A DNA stretch of 60,440 bases, filler included, from an uncultured virus (IMG/VR IMGVR_UViG_2124908030_000016) (lineage: Duplodnaviria; Heunggongvirae; Uroviricota; Caudoviricetes). It is 12 parts of one record of this genome, joined end to end, with 100 filler letters (N's around TTAATTAATTAA, not from the genome) between each part and the next. Parts side by side here need not be neighbours in the genome. Positions count along the whole stretch, not along the records: positions 40,083 to 42,212 come from IMGVR_UViG_2124908030_000016; positions 42,313 to 44,926 come from IMGVR_UViG_2124908030_000016; positions 45,027 to 48,681 come from IMGVR_UViG_2124908030_000016; positions 48,782 to 57,804 come from IMGVR_UViG_2124908030_000016; 8 more parts are not named here. One strand, 5' to 3'. Positions 40,810-51,398 of the stretch are shown piece after piece (the stretch's first letter is position 1; every line of letters starts with the position of its first letter). Below the pieces are notes generated by a model. That model did not search any database. It was given only the letters and a program-made list of their open reading frames with translations, and was not told where the DNA came from. Position numbers and translations under genes: made by a program.

Positions 40810-43800
40810 GTGGACCTCACCAGCGGAGTCCAGACCCACGACCGTAAGCCGTTGTTGCTGACGAACGTCAGCTACGAGATCGAAAGTAGTGGGCATCGGA
40901 CAGATATGCCCATAATCCGGCTCCAAGTTCGCGACGGTGAGGGTCAAGCAGAGGAACTCGTCGTTGAGGGGTTTCGTCCATACTTTGGAATTCCTCACCA
41001 CAACGTCGTCGAGGACCCGACTGGTGTCCTGAACGACCGTCGCGTCCTCGGTGTCGAGTGTGACTGTTCACCATCGGTCTGGAGTGATACACTCGATGTC
41101 GACGAATCAACGACACCACAAGATGTTGCCGACCTCCTCACGACGGAGACCTCTGCTGATGTCTACCACGCAGTTTCTGATCCGGGTCCTGCTGACCCGG
41201 TGTTGTCCACGACGATCGATGGAGAGCCCCTCGCTCGTGTGATCGCGACTGTCCCGGATGATGTCGGTGGATACGGTGGTACTGGTGCGCTTCGCGATCA
41301 CTTCGACTCCACGTTCGAGGCAGACATCCCGTTCACCCGACGGTTTCTGATCTCGTCGGAGATCTACCGTGGACTGACGGCGCCGAAAGGGGCAGACCGC
41401 GTCGTCTACGAGAACTGGCACGGGGAATCAGATGGCTACGACAGGCAACAGGATATCGCCCCCGCAGAGCCTCCAGCTGTGGATGCCAGGGTCTGTATCT
41501 TCGACATCGAGGTCGTCGTCGGTGACCGAATTCCCGACCCTGTTCGAGCACGGAATGCCATCAACGCCATCAGTGCGTACGACAGTTACGACGAGCAGTA
41601 CCGTGTCTGGGGGCTCGCACACAACGACTGGCTTGGAAAACAGGATGAGGTTCGCAAAGCAGTCTCAAAGCGTGTCCGTGACGAACACGGCCTGGACGTC
41701 GAGGTATCACTCTACACCGAGGAAGGAACAATGCTCGATGAGTTTAACGAGTACGTCGTCGAGCGTGACTTCGATATCATCACCGGCTGGAACTCCGATG
41801 GGTTCGATATCCCGTACATCATTCAGCGGTCGTACAATCAACAGGCACTCCAGATCAAAGGCTGGAGCAAACACGGTAAGCCGGGAGTCTGGAAAGAAGA
41901 GTACAACGGCAGGGAGAAAACCGCCTACGCTGTCCAGAACCGATGCACGCTCGACCTTCTGAGTGCGTACCGGAAGACCCAGTTTCGCGAGCTCGACTCG
42001 TACCGCCTCGACGACGTCGCTGAAGCCGAACTCGGTGAGGGTAAAGACGACCTCAGTCCCGACGAGATGAATCAGGTCTGGCGTGAGGACCCAGCTCGGT
42101 TCTTCGTCTACAACGCACGCGACGTCCAGGCTACGGTGGGGATCGAACGGAACGCAGGCCTGGTCAGCCTCTACGAGGATCTCAGGCAGGTTACCGGCGC
42201 GATGTACGAGACNNNNNNNNNNNNNNNNNNNNNNNNNNNNNNNNNNNNNNNNNNNNTTAATTAATTAANNNNNNNNNNNNNNNNNNNNNNNNNNNNNNNN
42301 NNNNNNNNNNNNCGCAAAACGTACGCTCTCGACCCGGACACCTACAGAGAGCAACGTGACAGTCTCGATGAGAAGGTAGAGACCGCCACTGTCTCAAACG
42401 GAGAGGAATATGCCCGTGTTCCTGCCAGCTACAACGGTGACGACATACTACAGCTGATCGGATGGTACGTCACTGAAGGAAACTGCGTTGGGGGTAACAC
42501 TGGATCGGAGATCACACGGATCACACAGTGTTACGACGATGGGCGAAGTGAGATCACATCTCTTCTCGATCGGATGGGGGTCCCGTATTCTGTCTCGTGC
42601 GAGAAGACCGTGAACATCTCCAGCTCGGCACTCAGGACGTTCTTTACCGAGTACTGTGGTGACGGCTCTGACAACAAACGACTTCCTGAGTTCGTTTTCG
42701 ACGTCTCTGAACGTCAGAAAGAACTACTCTTCCGGACTCTGATCAAGGGAGATGGAGAGTGGCGTGAACAGGCTAAGAACTACACCACGAACAGTGATGA
42801 GCTCAGAGACGACGTTCTTCGGCTCGCTACAGAACTGGGATACAATCCCCGGTACGAGTCTCACGTCGGTAGGTCCTGGAGAATTATGTTCTCGGACCAG
42901 AGCAACACACTCCGTGGTTCCTCCCACGCATCCCGTGTCGATGGAGAGGGTGTCTACTGTGTCACAGTCGAAGACAACAACACACTACTCGCAGGCAGAA
43001 ACGGAAAGTTCCAGTTCGTCGGGAACTCAGTATACGGTGTCCTCGGCGACTCTGACTCGGCTGGCGGGAAGGGCTTCCGGCTGTACAACCGGCGTATAGC
43101 AGAAGGCATCACACTCGCTGGCCGAATGGAGATCACGCACACGGCAGAGGAACTCACCTCTTACATCCGTGAGAACCACGACGAAGATGCCTACATCGTC
43201 GGCGGTGACACAGACAGCGCCACTACGAGTATCCCAAATGCGCCCGATCTGATGACGGCCAGAGAGTGGGCTGAGGACGGCGTTGAGCACGTCGAGGCAA
43301 CCTACGACCAGTTCGTCCAGGACCGGTTCGGATTCGACGCAGACGACGAGCACCGGCTTGCAGTCGACCTCGAGACGCTGGCGTCGGACCTGTTCTATAT
43401 GACGTCGGACACGGACGGCGTCTGGCAAGCCGGCACGGGGACGCCGTTCCTCGACGACAAAGAAGGGGTCAAGAAACGCTATGCACAGCTGGTGGTCTGG
43501 GACGAAGACGACGGCTGGATCGACACCGAGGATCCAGACGATGAGGAGGGATACGAGAACGCAGCGGAAGACCCAGAGGATCGCTCGGAGCTGAAGTACC
43601 AGTCCGACATCAGCTACGAGGACTTCACCTCTGGCGTGATGGCCCCGTGGGGTGAGCCAGGCGACTCCGTCTCAATCACGGGCTTCGAGTACGTCAGGTC
43701 GGACTCGGCGATCGTCACTCGAGAGGCACAGGAGCGGATCCTCACCGACCTCCTACTCGCAACAGATCCCCGCAAACGGATCGAGCCGTACCTCCGCGAG

Positions 43801-44331
43801 CTGGTCGACGACATCGAGAGTGGTGAGTACCCACTCGAGAAGATCGCTCGGCCGAGGGGGTCGTCGAAGTCCCTGGACGACTACGGTTGGAAGGAGTTCG
43901 ACGAGCTCAACGAAGCCGACCAGACCGAAGAGGCTGAAGCACACGGTGGTGCCTACACGTCGACGCCTGCGCCGTCGTATCGTGGTGCCAAATACGCAGA
44001 CGACCACTTCGACTGGGAAGATCTCGGAGAAGGCTCGAAGCCCTACCGTGTCTACATCGAGCGTGTACGTGGTGACGAGTATCCGAGTGTCTACCAGTAC
44101 GAGACGTATCCTAAAGATGACCGACCCGACCCACCCGAGATTGACCGGGAGGTCAACGCGGTCGCGATGGAACGCCCCGACCGCCTTCCCGACCAGTTCA
44201 TCGTCAATCACAGCCTGATGATCGAGAAAGAACTGAAAGACACGGTGGCGTCTATCCTGGTAACAGCGGGGATGGAATACGACGACCTGATCGCTGACGG
44301 ACGACAGACAGGACTCGGGCAGTTCGTCTGA
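40810..44331 (+). CDS. polB: Family B DNA polymerase (split by the linker at 42257; contains an intein)
   Basis: FEADIPF, FDIE, GWNSDGFDIPY, SYRLDDVA, YNARDV; N|SVYG, GGDTDS, KKRYA, GFEYVRSD; C-terminal PIP-like QTGLGQF. Confidence 0.93.
42313..43026 (+). mobile_element. LAGLIDADG-containing intein in PolB (motif B site)
   Basis: LIGWYVTEG, LIKGDG, VYCVTVEDNNTLLAGRNGKFQFVGN|S. Confidence 0.9.
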
Positions 44332-44373
44332 CGTACGCAACATACAAACCTTTGGTTAACGAGTACCAGCTGT

Positions 44374-44926
44374 ATGAGGCGCGACGATGGAAGCGACGAC
44401 GACGGGGGACTCTTGGGAGAACTCGGTGGACTTGTGCTAAAGATACTCCGACACGGAGCAACCGTTCTTGCCGGTGGTGGGAAGGTCATCGTGGCTATTA
44501 GCGTCGTGACTGCGATGGTCGGCGGACTGGTCGGTGTACAGACCGTCGATCCGGGAGAGCGCGGTGTCTACGTCCGTAACGGAGAGGTGATGGGAACGGT
44601 CACAAACGGGGTTCATCCGACGATCCCGCTGATCGACCGCGTCCGTGTGTTCAATATGCGGACGACCACGTTTTCCACCACACAAGACGCACTTACGAAT
44701 GACAACATCAATGTCAATGTTTCAGTCACTGTACGGTGGGACATCCGAGATGGAGAACTCGAGCGGGTCTACCGCGATCAGGCAGTCAACCAGGAACAGC
44801 TGATCGAGCTCGCCGTCCGCGACGCAGTAACGAGTGGCATCAAGAATCGCGAAAGTTCGACTCTGACGAGCTGTCGAGCGAGGCGTACAGAGACGCCGTC
44901 CTCAGTCGATCTCTGAGCTGTTCACG
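44374..44926 (+). CDS. SPFH / band-7 / prohibitin membrane protein, truncated, frameshift near 44845
   Basis: TM segment followed by VDPGERGV...G.H..IP.IDRV...TND...V.V.V.VRW. Confidence 0.88.
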
Positions 44927-45059
44927 NNNNNNNNNNNNNNNNNNNNNNNNNNNNNNNNNNNNNNNNNNNNTTAATTAATTAANNNNNNNNNNNNNNNNNN
45001 NNNNNNNNNNNNNNNNNNNNNNNNNNCATCGCCGGAGTGAGAAAGTCGGCTTCGTCGAG

Positions 45060-45272
45060 ATGTCTCAGAGCGCACTCGAACGTGCGATCGAGACAACGGA
45101 CTTCGCAGAAGAGACAGACCCCGGTGATGGCGACACTGTGTGGACTGTCGGTGGGTTCGAGATCAAGCAGAGTGATGCACTCAATGCGGACATCGTACGC
45201 ATCCACAGTGCAGAGACGGATTCGTTCGTGATCGCTGATGGCAACGGCGCTGAGTTCGTCAATATCGGGTAG
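45060..45272 (+). CDS. Hypothetical protein
   Basis: Acidic 70-aa ORF. Confidence 0.5.
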   Translation: MSQSALERAIETTDFAEETDPGDGDTVWTVGGFEIKQSDALNADIVRIHSAETDSFVIADGNGAEFVNIG

Positions 45273-45511
45273 CAGTTGAGTTCGCGAACACGGAGTCTTT
45301 CCTCGATGGGCTGTTCGACACCAGGCGCTCGACGCGCGCGTCGCGGTGCGCGACTGGGCGCTCGCTGTTGACTTTCACCACGACTACAACCGTCTGAGTC
45401 ACTATTTTCGAACACCCAGACCCAGAGTAGTCCCCGGAGTAGTCCACCGACGAAATGAATGATTACAACTCGGGCCGATAAGATTATGTGTGTCTATCGC
45501 CACCACTCTGT

Positions 45512-45739
45512 GTGAAGGACGAGCAAGAGTATCCGTTCCCAGAGGACATCGACGACTTAGAGCAGTCCGGTCGGCCGTGGGTCACTGCGATCGGGTCTAT
45601 ACTTGGAGCCAGTATTGCCGTGATCTACGTTCTGATGCCTGTGATCATCTTCGCGTCTTACACGCTCGGGTGGTTCGGATTCGAGTCGACGACAACTCTT
45701 CTGCTCACAACTATCGGCGTGTACTGTGTCCTGGAATAG
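45512..45739 (+). CDS. Small membrane protein
   Basis: Two TM segments; promoter-motif variant at 45488. Confidence 0.55.
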   Translation: MKDEQEYPFPEDIDDLEQSGRPWVTAIGSILGASIAVIYVLMPVIIFASYTLGWFGFESTTTLLLTTIGVYCVLE

Positions 45740-45757
45740 AATGGACGCTGGGTATTG

Positions 45758-46093
45758 ATGTCGTTCGTCAGGTTCCCAGCAGTCGACATCGAGATTGACA
45801 GTTCTCTCACTGCGTCGATTCTGTTTTCTCTTCCGTCAGGTGAGTTCCAGACCAGAAACCACACGCTCGAGGATCAGCTTACGTTCGGGAGCGGTCTGGG
45901 TTGTGCTGTACAGTCCGACGCCCAAGCCTGGGTCGACGCCGTCCAAGAAACGGCCCCGGAAGGAGAGGACTATCCGTTCGTCGTACAGGTCGACCCTGGT
46001 ACTGATGAGCTCGGTGATATCCGAACACGGAACTATCACGAAGACGTCAAACAGAGCCTGTTCTACACTCTGTACGGATATTCTGTAAAATAG
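45758..46093 (+). CDS. Hypothetical protein
   Basis: Acidic ORF. Confidence 0.55.
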   Translation: MSFVRFPAVDIEIDSSLTASILFSLPSGEFQTRNHTLEDQLTFGSGLGCAVQSDAQAWVDAVQETAPEGEDYPFVVQVDPGTDELGDIRTRNYHEDVKQSLFYTLYGYSVK

Positions 46094-46133
46094 TATAGTT
46101 ACTTATGAGCTAAATCCAGATCCGGCTCTGTGT

Positions 46134-46273
46134 GGACGGAGTGCCGACTGGTCGAGGTAGTCCTGGTAATCGCAGGATGTCGCACACGGAAGGGGGAAGC
46201 TCACGAGGACCAAGATTGGGAAATCGTCGGGTGCCCTGGAACTGTCTTTCGGGTTCGAATCCCGATCCGTCCG
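46134..46273 (+). ncRNA. tRNA-like RNA (140 nt) with an expanded, aberrant central region
   Basis: Acceptor GGACGGA/TCCGTCC; T-arm TCGGG-TTCGAAT-CCCGA; D-loop-like CTGGTC. Confidence 0.7.
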
Positions 46274-46372
46274 TGACCATACCAAAACTTACTTAATTCT
46301 TAAGCTATTGGTTGTGGTGTGAGCGTCGAAGGTTAACCAGGTGCGGGTGGACCCCGCCTGGTTAGATACAAG

Positions 46373-46645
46373 ATGGACGACAACGACGACAAGAAGTACG
46401 TCGACCTCGAGTTCAAGAACACACCGACGACCCGCGAGGAGGCGGTCTTCGGCCCAGACGAAGAGGACACGCTGTTCGATGCCTACCAGATGCTCCGGTG
46501 GGTCGGTGTGCCGAAGCGAAAGCTCGGGGCGATGGCAGTCACAATCGAGCTGATGACGATCTACGACCGCGACGACCTGGAGCAGTACTTCGAGCGTGTG
46601 GCCACCGCATCCCCCACGTTCGAGGACCGGCTCGAAGACGAGTAG
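46373..46645 (+). CDS. Hypothetical protein
   Basis: Acidic 90-aa ORF between the tRNA-like elements. Confidence 0.65.
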   Translation: MDDNDDKKYVDLEFKNTPTTREEAVFGPDEEDTLFDAYQMLRWVGVPKRKLGAMAVTIELMTIYDRDDLEQYFERVATASPTFEDRLEDE

Positions 46646-46666
46646 CGGGCCCAAACGGCGCTCTTT

Positions 46667-46739
46667 GTCGACCAAGTCACAGTGGCGTGACACCCTGCTG
46701 TTGACAGGGACGTGCGAGGTTCGATCCCTCGGGTCGACG
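46667..46739 (+). tRNA. tRNA-Asn(GTT)
   Basis: GTCGACC/GGTCGAC acceptor; GTCA/TGAC D-stem; CCCTG-CTGTTGA-CAGGG; CGAGG-TTCGATC-CCTCG. Confidence 0.92.
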
Positions 46740-46740
46740 T

Positions 46741-46842
46741 ACGACCGAAAGCCTGTCTTCACCACACGGGCGATATCTGGTGGTACCAGGTGCTGTAGGT
46801 GGGGGAAATGCCCCCTGTTAGGTTCGAATCCCAACCGGTCGT
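46741..46842 (+). ncRNA. Atypical tRNA-like cloverleaf
   Basis: ACGACCG/CGGTCGT; GCCTGT/ACGGGC; ATCTGG-TGGTA-CCAGGT; GGGGG/CCCCC arm; GGTTCGAATCC. Confidence 0.6.
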
Positions 46843-46846
46843 CTCT

Positions 46847-46987
46847 GTGGAGAGTCCCTGCATAGACGAGTGTGCATTGGCTGAGGGTGTCTGCATCGGC
46901 TGTGGACGGACGAAGAAGGAAGTCACGTCCTGGGCAACGATGACAGAAGAACAGCAACAGCGCGTTCTTGAGCGCCTCTCTGGCTGA
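46847..46987 (+). CDS. DUF1289 family Cys-rich protein
   Basis: SPCIDEC.....CIGCGRT..E...W..M. Confidence 0.85.
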   Translation: MESPCIDECALAEGVCIGCGRTKKEVTSWATMTEEQQQRVLERLSG

Positions 46988-47072
46988 ACTCCTCTGTATC
47001 TCGGTGCCAACAGTCTTAGGTGTGTCTATCACATACAACGCAGCGTGATCGAAGACCACGAGTGGATCGACA

Positions 47073-47261
47073 ATGGTTGAAGAAACTGGGGTCGACGAAC
47101 CGTATAATATCACCGTGGAGATGGGAGAGCTACTCGTTGATATCACAGGTGCGGACTCAGAGTGGGTCAGCGAAGAGTTCAATCGAGTCTGGGCTGAACG
47201 ACTCGTGGAAGCAGATAAGATGTCGGACGAAGAGCGCAAGCAGTTAGGCCTATATCAATGA
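47073..47261 (+). CDS. Hypothetical protein
   Basis: Acidic ORF in an operon. Confidence 0.6.
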   Translation: MVEETGVDEPYNITVEMGELLVDITGADSEWVSEEFNRVWAERLVEADKMSDEERKQLGLYQ

Positions 47262-47575
47262 CTGACGGCAACGTCTTAAACTCGCGAGCGAACAACCTCG
47301 CCCCTGGAGACGAGGTCTTCGTCAACGAACTCTCGAGACCTCTGGAGGTGACCGGACGACATCGTCAACGAGTCGATATGAGGACACGATCCCGCGACGA
47401 TTACCACTATATCGTCGAGCTCGAGGGGTTCGGCACAGAGTATCATCTGCTCTGGGATCACGGCAGCGGGGTCGCCCCGATGCTCTATCGCAAGTCCGAA
47501 TGGACAGAACGCGACGACGTCTACCTGTTCGACTACACCGGTGGTGAGCGAGTCGGGACGCTCGAAGTAAAGTGA
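47258..47575 (+). CDS. Hypothetical protein
   Basis: 4-nt overlaps with both neighbours. Confidence 0.65.
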   Translation: MTDGNVLNSRANNLAPGDEVFVNELSRPLEVTGRHRQRVDMRTRSRDDYHYIVELEGFGTEYHLLWDHGSGVAPMLYRKSEWTERDDVYLFDYTGGERVGTLEVK

Positions 47576-48474
47576 GTTCACCCTCGTTCGAGCTTTCAGG
47601 ATTGTGGAGCGATGACGACACGCTTCGTCTTGCCGATCACTTCTGTACCCAGACTCACAAGGACCGGCGGGAGGAAGCACGAGACCTCTACCTACACGCT
47701 CATTCTCACGCGCTCGGCCGGGACGATGTCGTGAAGGCACTGCTTCTGGCAGAGGTAAAACTGAGGACGAAGCCCCCCGGCATCGAGAAAGTGATCCTCG
47801 ATACTGAGGGGATCTCGAGTGTGATCCAACAGACGATTCTCGCGTACATCGACGAGATCACCATCGACGGCGTCTTCGAGGAATGGGATGTCGACGATAC
47901 TCGACATCGCCTGGAGCTTCAGCTGACTGAGATGCCTCCGGTCTCTATGGCTGAAGAAACTCCGTATAAGTCCACGTACGAGACCTACAGCGTTGACATC
48001 CAGAAGTACTACTGTCAGATCAAGTTGTTTGGTCTGATGACCCCCGCATCGGAGCCAGCCGGCGCGCTGTTCACGCACTTCTGTGAGACAGCTGGTCGAA
48101 CGTATCTCGATGCGCTCGAATCCAGCATCGAGCGTACAGATGGTGTCTCGCTCACGGAGCCACTCGAGGCCCCAGATGCGATGGACCAGCTGCTGAACTT
48201 CGGCCACCACTCAGGGGCGTTCTACACCGGCTCAGACGAGTTCTCGACAGATTACGAGTGGGACGTCAACCACTGTCCGTACATCCCCGAGGACGCCACG
48301 TTCGTTGTCGCAGACGGTGGCTGTACGGATGCCGTCAGGACCGCGTACGAGTTCCGTGATGGGTCCGGGACGTGGCCGAGATCGCACGAGGTAGATATGG
48401 GTGTACTAACGGAGCGAGCTCAGTTCGCCGACAATCGATGTGTTGTTCCAGTGAATAATGCCAATCTGGACTGA
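47572..48474 (+). CDS. Hypothetical protein (300 aa)
   Basis: Acidic; translationally coupled on both sides. Confidence 0.7.
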   Translation: MSSPSFELSGLWSDDDTLRLADHFCTQTHKDRREEARDLYLHAHSHALGRDDVVKALLLAEVKLRTKPPGIEKVILDTEGISSVIQQTILAYIDEITIDGVFEEWDVDDTRHRLELQLTEMPPVSMAEETPYKSTYETYSVDIQKYYCQIKLFGLMTPASEPAGALFTHFCETAGRTYLDALESSIERTDGVSLTEPLEAPDAMDQLLNFGHHSGAFYTGSDEFSTDYEWDVNHCPYIPEDATFVVADGGCTDAVRTAYEFRDGSGTWPRSHEVDMGVLTERAQFADNRCVVPVNNANLD

Positions 48475-48668
48475 TGTCTGGGGACTCGCGGTCGCAAATC
48501 TCACGCTACTCCAGTTCTATCTCATTCCGCCGGTGCGAGTACGGTGCGTCTGATGAATTCGAACCACAGTGTCTATGTGACGCCACCGAGGTCTACGAGA
48601 TCCTCGGCGACCCGATGTACCTCTGTGCCGAGCACTACAACGAGGTCACACACGAGCGAAAGAATTAG
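48474..48668 (+). CDS. Small zinc-binding protein
   Basis: C..., C.C and LCAEH motifs. Confidence 0.5.
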   Translation: MSGDSRSQISRYSSSISFRRCEYGASDEFEPQCLCDATEVYEILGDPMYLCAEHYNEVTHERKN

Positions 48669-49151
48669 GTGCGTCATATACNNNNNNNNNNNNNNNNNNN
48701 NNNNNNNNNNNNNNNNNNNNNNNNNTTAATTAATTAANNNNNNNNNNNNNNNNNNNNNNNNNNNNNNNNNNNNNNNNNNNNACCGTCGTCGACACTACCG
48801 GTGGGCCGAGGATACGCCAGACGACGACGAAGACGACCCTACGTCGTTACTCCCGAAGACGACAACGACGACAACGACGTCAACAACGACCCAGATCGCC
48901 AGGTCGGCGCCGTCTACGATGTTACCTACGAGTACAACGTGACGTTCCGCGACCGGATCGTGGCGGGCACCGAGGATGGGGCGAAGAGGCAGGCCAAAGA
49001 TCAGATCGAATTCGGAACTGCCGTCGGCGCACACAAAGTTCACACGAACGTCGATACCGTCGCGGAAATCTACGAAAGCGACGACCGCGCTGACGAGCTG
49101 AAGTAGTACCGAACAATAGTGTTTAGTGCGTCTGGTGAATACAGACGTACG

Positions 49152-49898
49152 ATGACAGACGATCCTCGAAAGGCGTCGTCGATGAACGCGTGGTGGCCGA
49201 AGGTCGAGGGACTCGATGTCCTGACGCCGGCAACGCAGGTCATCCCACTTCGGTCCTACGATGACGCAACCGAGATCTACGAGGGGGTCCCGATGTCCAT
49301 TGTCGATCTAGACACTGTCGCAGACGCAATCGATGCGGTCGGTGGGCCCCCGGCATTCCTGCGAACCGATCAGAGCAGCGCCAAACACAAGATGGCGTCT
49401 GCCTCGCGAGTGACGTCGACGGATCCTGAGGAGCTCGAAGACTCCGTGCTCAATCTCCTTCGACACAACGAGCTGAGAGGGTTCGCTGGGCTCCCGTGGA
49501 CGACGCTGTACGTCCGGGAATGGCTCGACCTCAAACACGAGTTCACTGCGTTCGAGGAAACGCCCATCGCGAGTGAGGTACGCTTCTTCATTCACGACGG
49601 ACTCGTCCACGGTTTCGGGTTCTACTGGCCCCAAGAGGCGATCGCAGAGCACCCAGCAACTGGCAACATCCGTGGTGACTGGCGGGTTCTCCTCGACCAG
49701 GTCCGGACACACGCCGAGAGTGAGGCAGTAAACACCGTCTGGCCGATGGCTCGCGAGGTCGCTGATGCCTTCGATGGGTACTGGTCGGTCGACTTCGCCG
49801 AAACCGAGGACGGTGACTGGTACCTGATCGATATGGCTCTCGGCCAGGTCTCCTGGCATCCCGAGGGTGTCGAACGTCCCGAAGAGTTCACGGAATGA
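49152..49898 (+). CDS. ATP-grasp protein (R2K/Cdc123-like)
   Basis: FLRTDQSSAKH, YVREWL, EVRFFI, WSVDFA...DWYLID. Confidence 0.75.
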   Translation: MTDDPRKASSMNAWWPKVEGLDVLTPATQVIPLRSYDDATEIYEGVPMSIVDLDTVADAIDAVGGPPAFLRTDQSSAKHKMASASRVTSTDPEELEDSVLNLLRHNELRGFAGLPWTTLYVREWLDLKHEFTAFEETPIASEVRFFIHDGLVHGFGFYWPQEAIAEHPATGNIRGDWRVLLDQVRTHAESEAVNTVWPMAREVADAFDGYWSVDFAETEDGDWYLIDMALGQVSWHPEGVERPEEFTE

Positions 49899-50077
49899 GG
49901 GGGTACACCAGCCTCAGTAATGTCGTCCTCTGTATGGAGTGCTCCCACATCTCGGTGTACTCCCCGAACGGGAGCCCGTACCGCTGTGAGGCCTGTGAGG
50001 CCGGCTCGAAGTCCCTCGTTCCTGGTGAGACGCTTCGCGACGTCTACTGCGAGCATACCAGCGACTGGGGTGACTAA
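49895..50077 (+). CDS. Small zinc-ribbon protein
   Basis: CMEC...CEAC. Confidence 0.55.
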   Translation: MRGYTSLSNVVLCMECSHISVYSPNGSPYRCEACEAGSKSLVPGETLRDVYCEHTSDWGD

Positions 50078-50079
50078 CG

Positions 50080-50445
50080 ATGGTCGACGAAATCCCAGAT
50101 GGTGAGCCAGACCCCGACGACTTCGCTGGCAAGATCGTACACTTCTCTGAGTCGACGTGGGATCGCATCGACAACCATTACGCGAGTGCTCGGGCCGAAG
50201 AACGAGCTGATGAGTTCGCCTCGGCCACTCGTGAATCGTATCTCCAGGGGTTCACCGACGCCTGTCAAGAAGCAAATACTCTCCGTGTGCTTCGAAGCTG
50301 GGCCGAAGAACAGCGTGATCAGGCTCGGGAAATGTACGACGAGACTGGAGAGCACGAAGATCTCGTCCGGTATCACACATACGTCGAGCTGCTGATCAAG
50401 ATCGCCGAGATGGGCTGTCTCCCCCGTGATGATGATGATCCCTGA
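50080..50445 (+). CDS. Hypothetical protein
   Basis: Acidic 121-aa ORF. Confidence 0.6.
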   Translation: MVDEIPDGEPDPDDFAGKIVHFSESTWDRIDNHYASARAEERADEFASATRESYLQGFTDACQEANTLRVLRSWAEEQRDQAREMYDETGEHEDLVRYHTYVELLIKIAEMGCLPRDDDDP

Positions 50446-50753
50446 TCTCGGCCCGTTCGACCATCACCCAACGCGCCATCACCTCAGAGAGATCGGATCC
50501 CTTTCCTGGACTGGAATTCAGTGTCTCGTCCGTGGCGAGCTCGACGAGGCACTGTGGGCATTCGCTATGGCCCGTGGACACATCAGGACGCTACGTGACT
50601 GACCGCTAGTCGATAGTCTTTAGTACGTTGGTCTGATACGGTCAGTCGCCGTCGTCACCGTGTGTAGTCTGTCGCACGCTCCATTCGACGGCAACCCCCT
50701 TCTGTCGCAATGTTCGACCTTGAGCTAGGCAACCAGCTCCGTGAGGTGCTCGA

Positions 50754-51296
50754 GTGACCGATCGGTCGAAGCGACTGAACAAGTCCCTCGACGATTTGTT
50801 CGGTCCCGGTGACGAGACCTGTCGGGTCTGTGAAGACGACCTGGTCAACTATCGGTGGAGCTACTGCTCGCCTCGGTGTCGACATATTGCCTACGGTGTT
50901 CAGTCGATGTTTCTCTGGGATACAGTCCGCTCGAAGGTCCTCGAGCGTGATGACCACACCTGCCAGCGCTGTGGGCTCTCTGAAGAGATGTGGTGGCGGG
51001 CGTATCATCAGGTCCAGGAGCTGATCAACGACCGAGCTCGGCCTGTTAAGAAGGCCGACGGCGTCGACGCCTGGCGCGAACGAAAGCGAGAGCTCAGAGA
51101 GGCCTACGACGTCGACTCACCGAAAGGTGGGCTTCACATCGATCACATCGAGCCCCTTTCTGAGGAAGGTCATCCACTGGACACAGCAAACCTCCAGACG
51201 CTGTGTAAGTACTGTCACTATGAAAAGACGCACGAAGACGCAGAGCTCGAACAGACCGAGCGAATCCCAATCAGCGAGTTCGTCGACTGGGCCTGA
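50754..51296 (+). CDS. HNH endonuclease
   Basis: VLERDDHTCQRCG...IDHIEPLSEEG...NLQTLCKYCH. Confidence 0.9.
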   Translation: MTDRSKRLNKSLDDLFGPGDETCRVCEDDLVNYRWSYCSPRCRHIAYGVQSMFLWDTVRSKVLERDDHTCQRCGLSEEMWWRAYHQVQELINDRARPVKKADGVDAWRERKRELREAYDVDSPKGGLHIDHIEPLSEEGHPLDTANLQTLCKYCHYEKTHEDAELEQTERIPISEFVDWA

Positions 51297-51398
51297 GCGC
51301 GCTGATACCCTACTGCCGTGAACTTCGGCAACAACAGTGCCGACGTCGAGCCGTTACTCACAAAGATCGAAGAGGCATNNNNNNNNNNNNNNNNNNNN

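Noticed and set aside
46741..46842. tRNA-Sec or suppressor tRNA
   Set aside because: No TCA or CTA anticodon in the loop.
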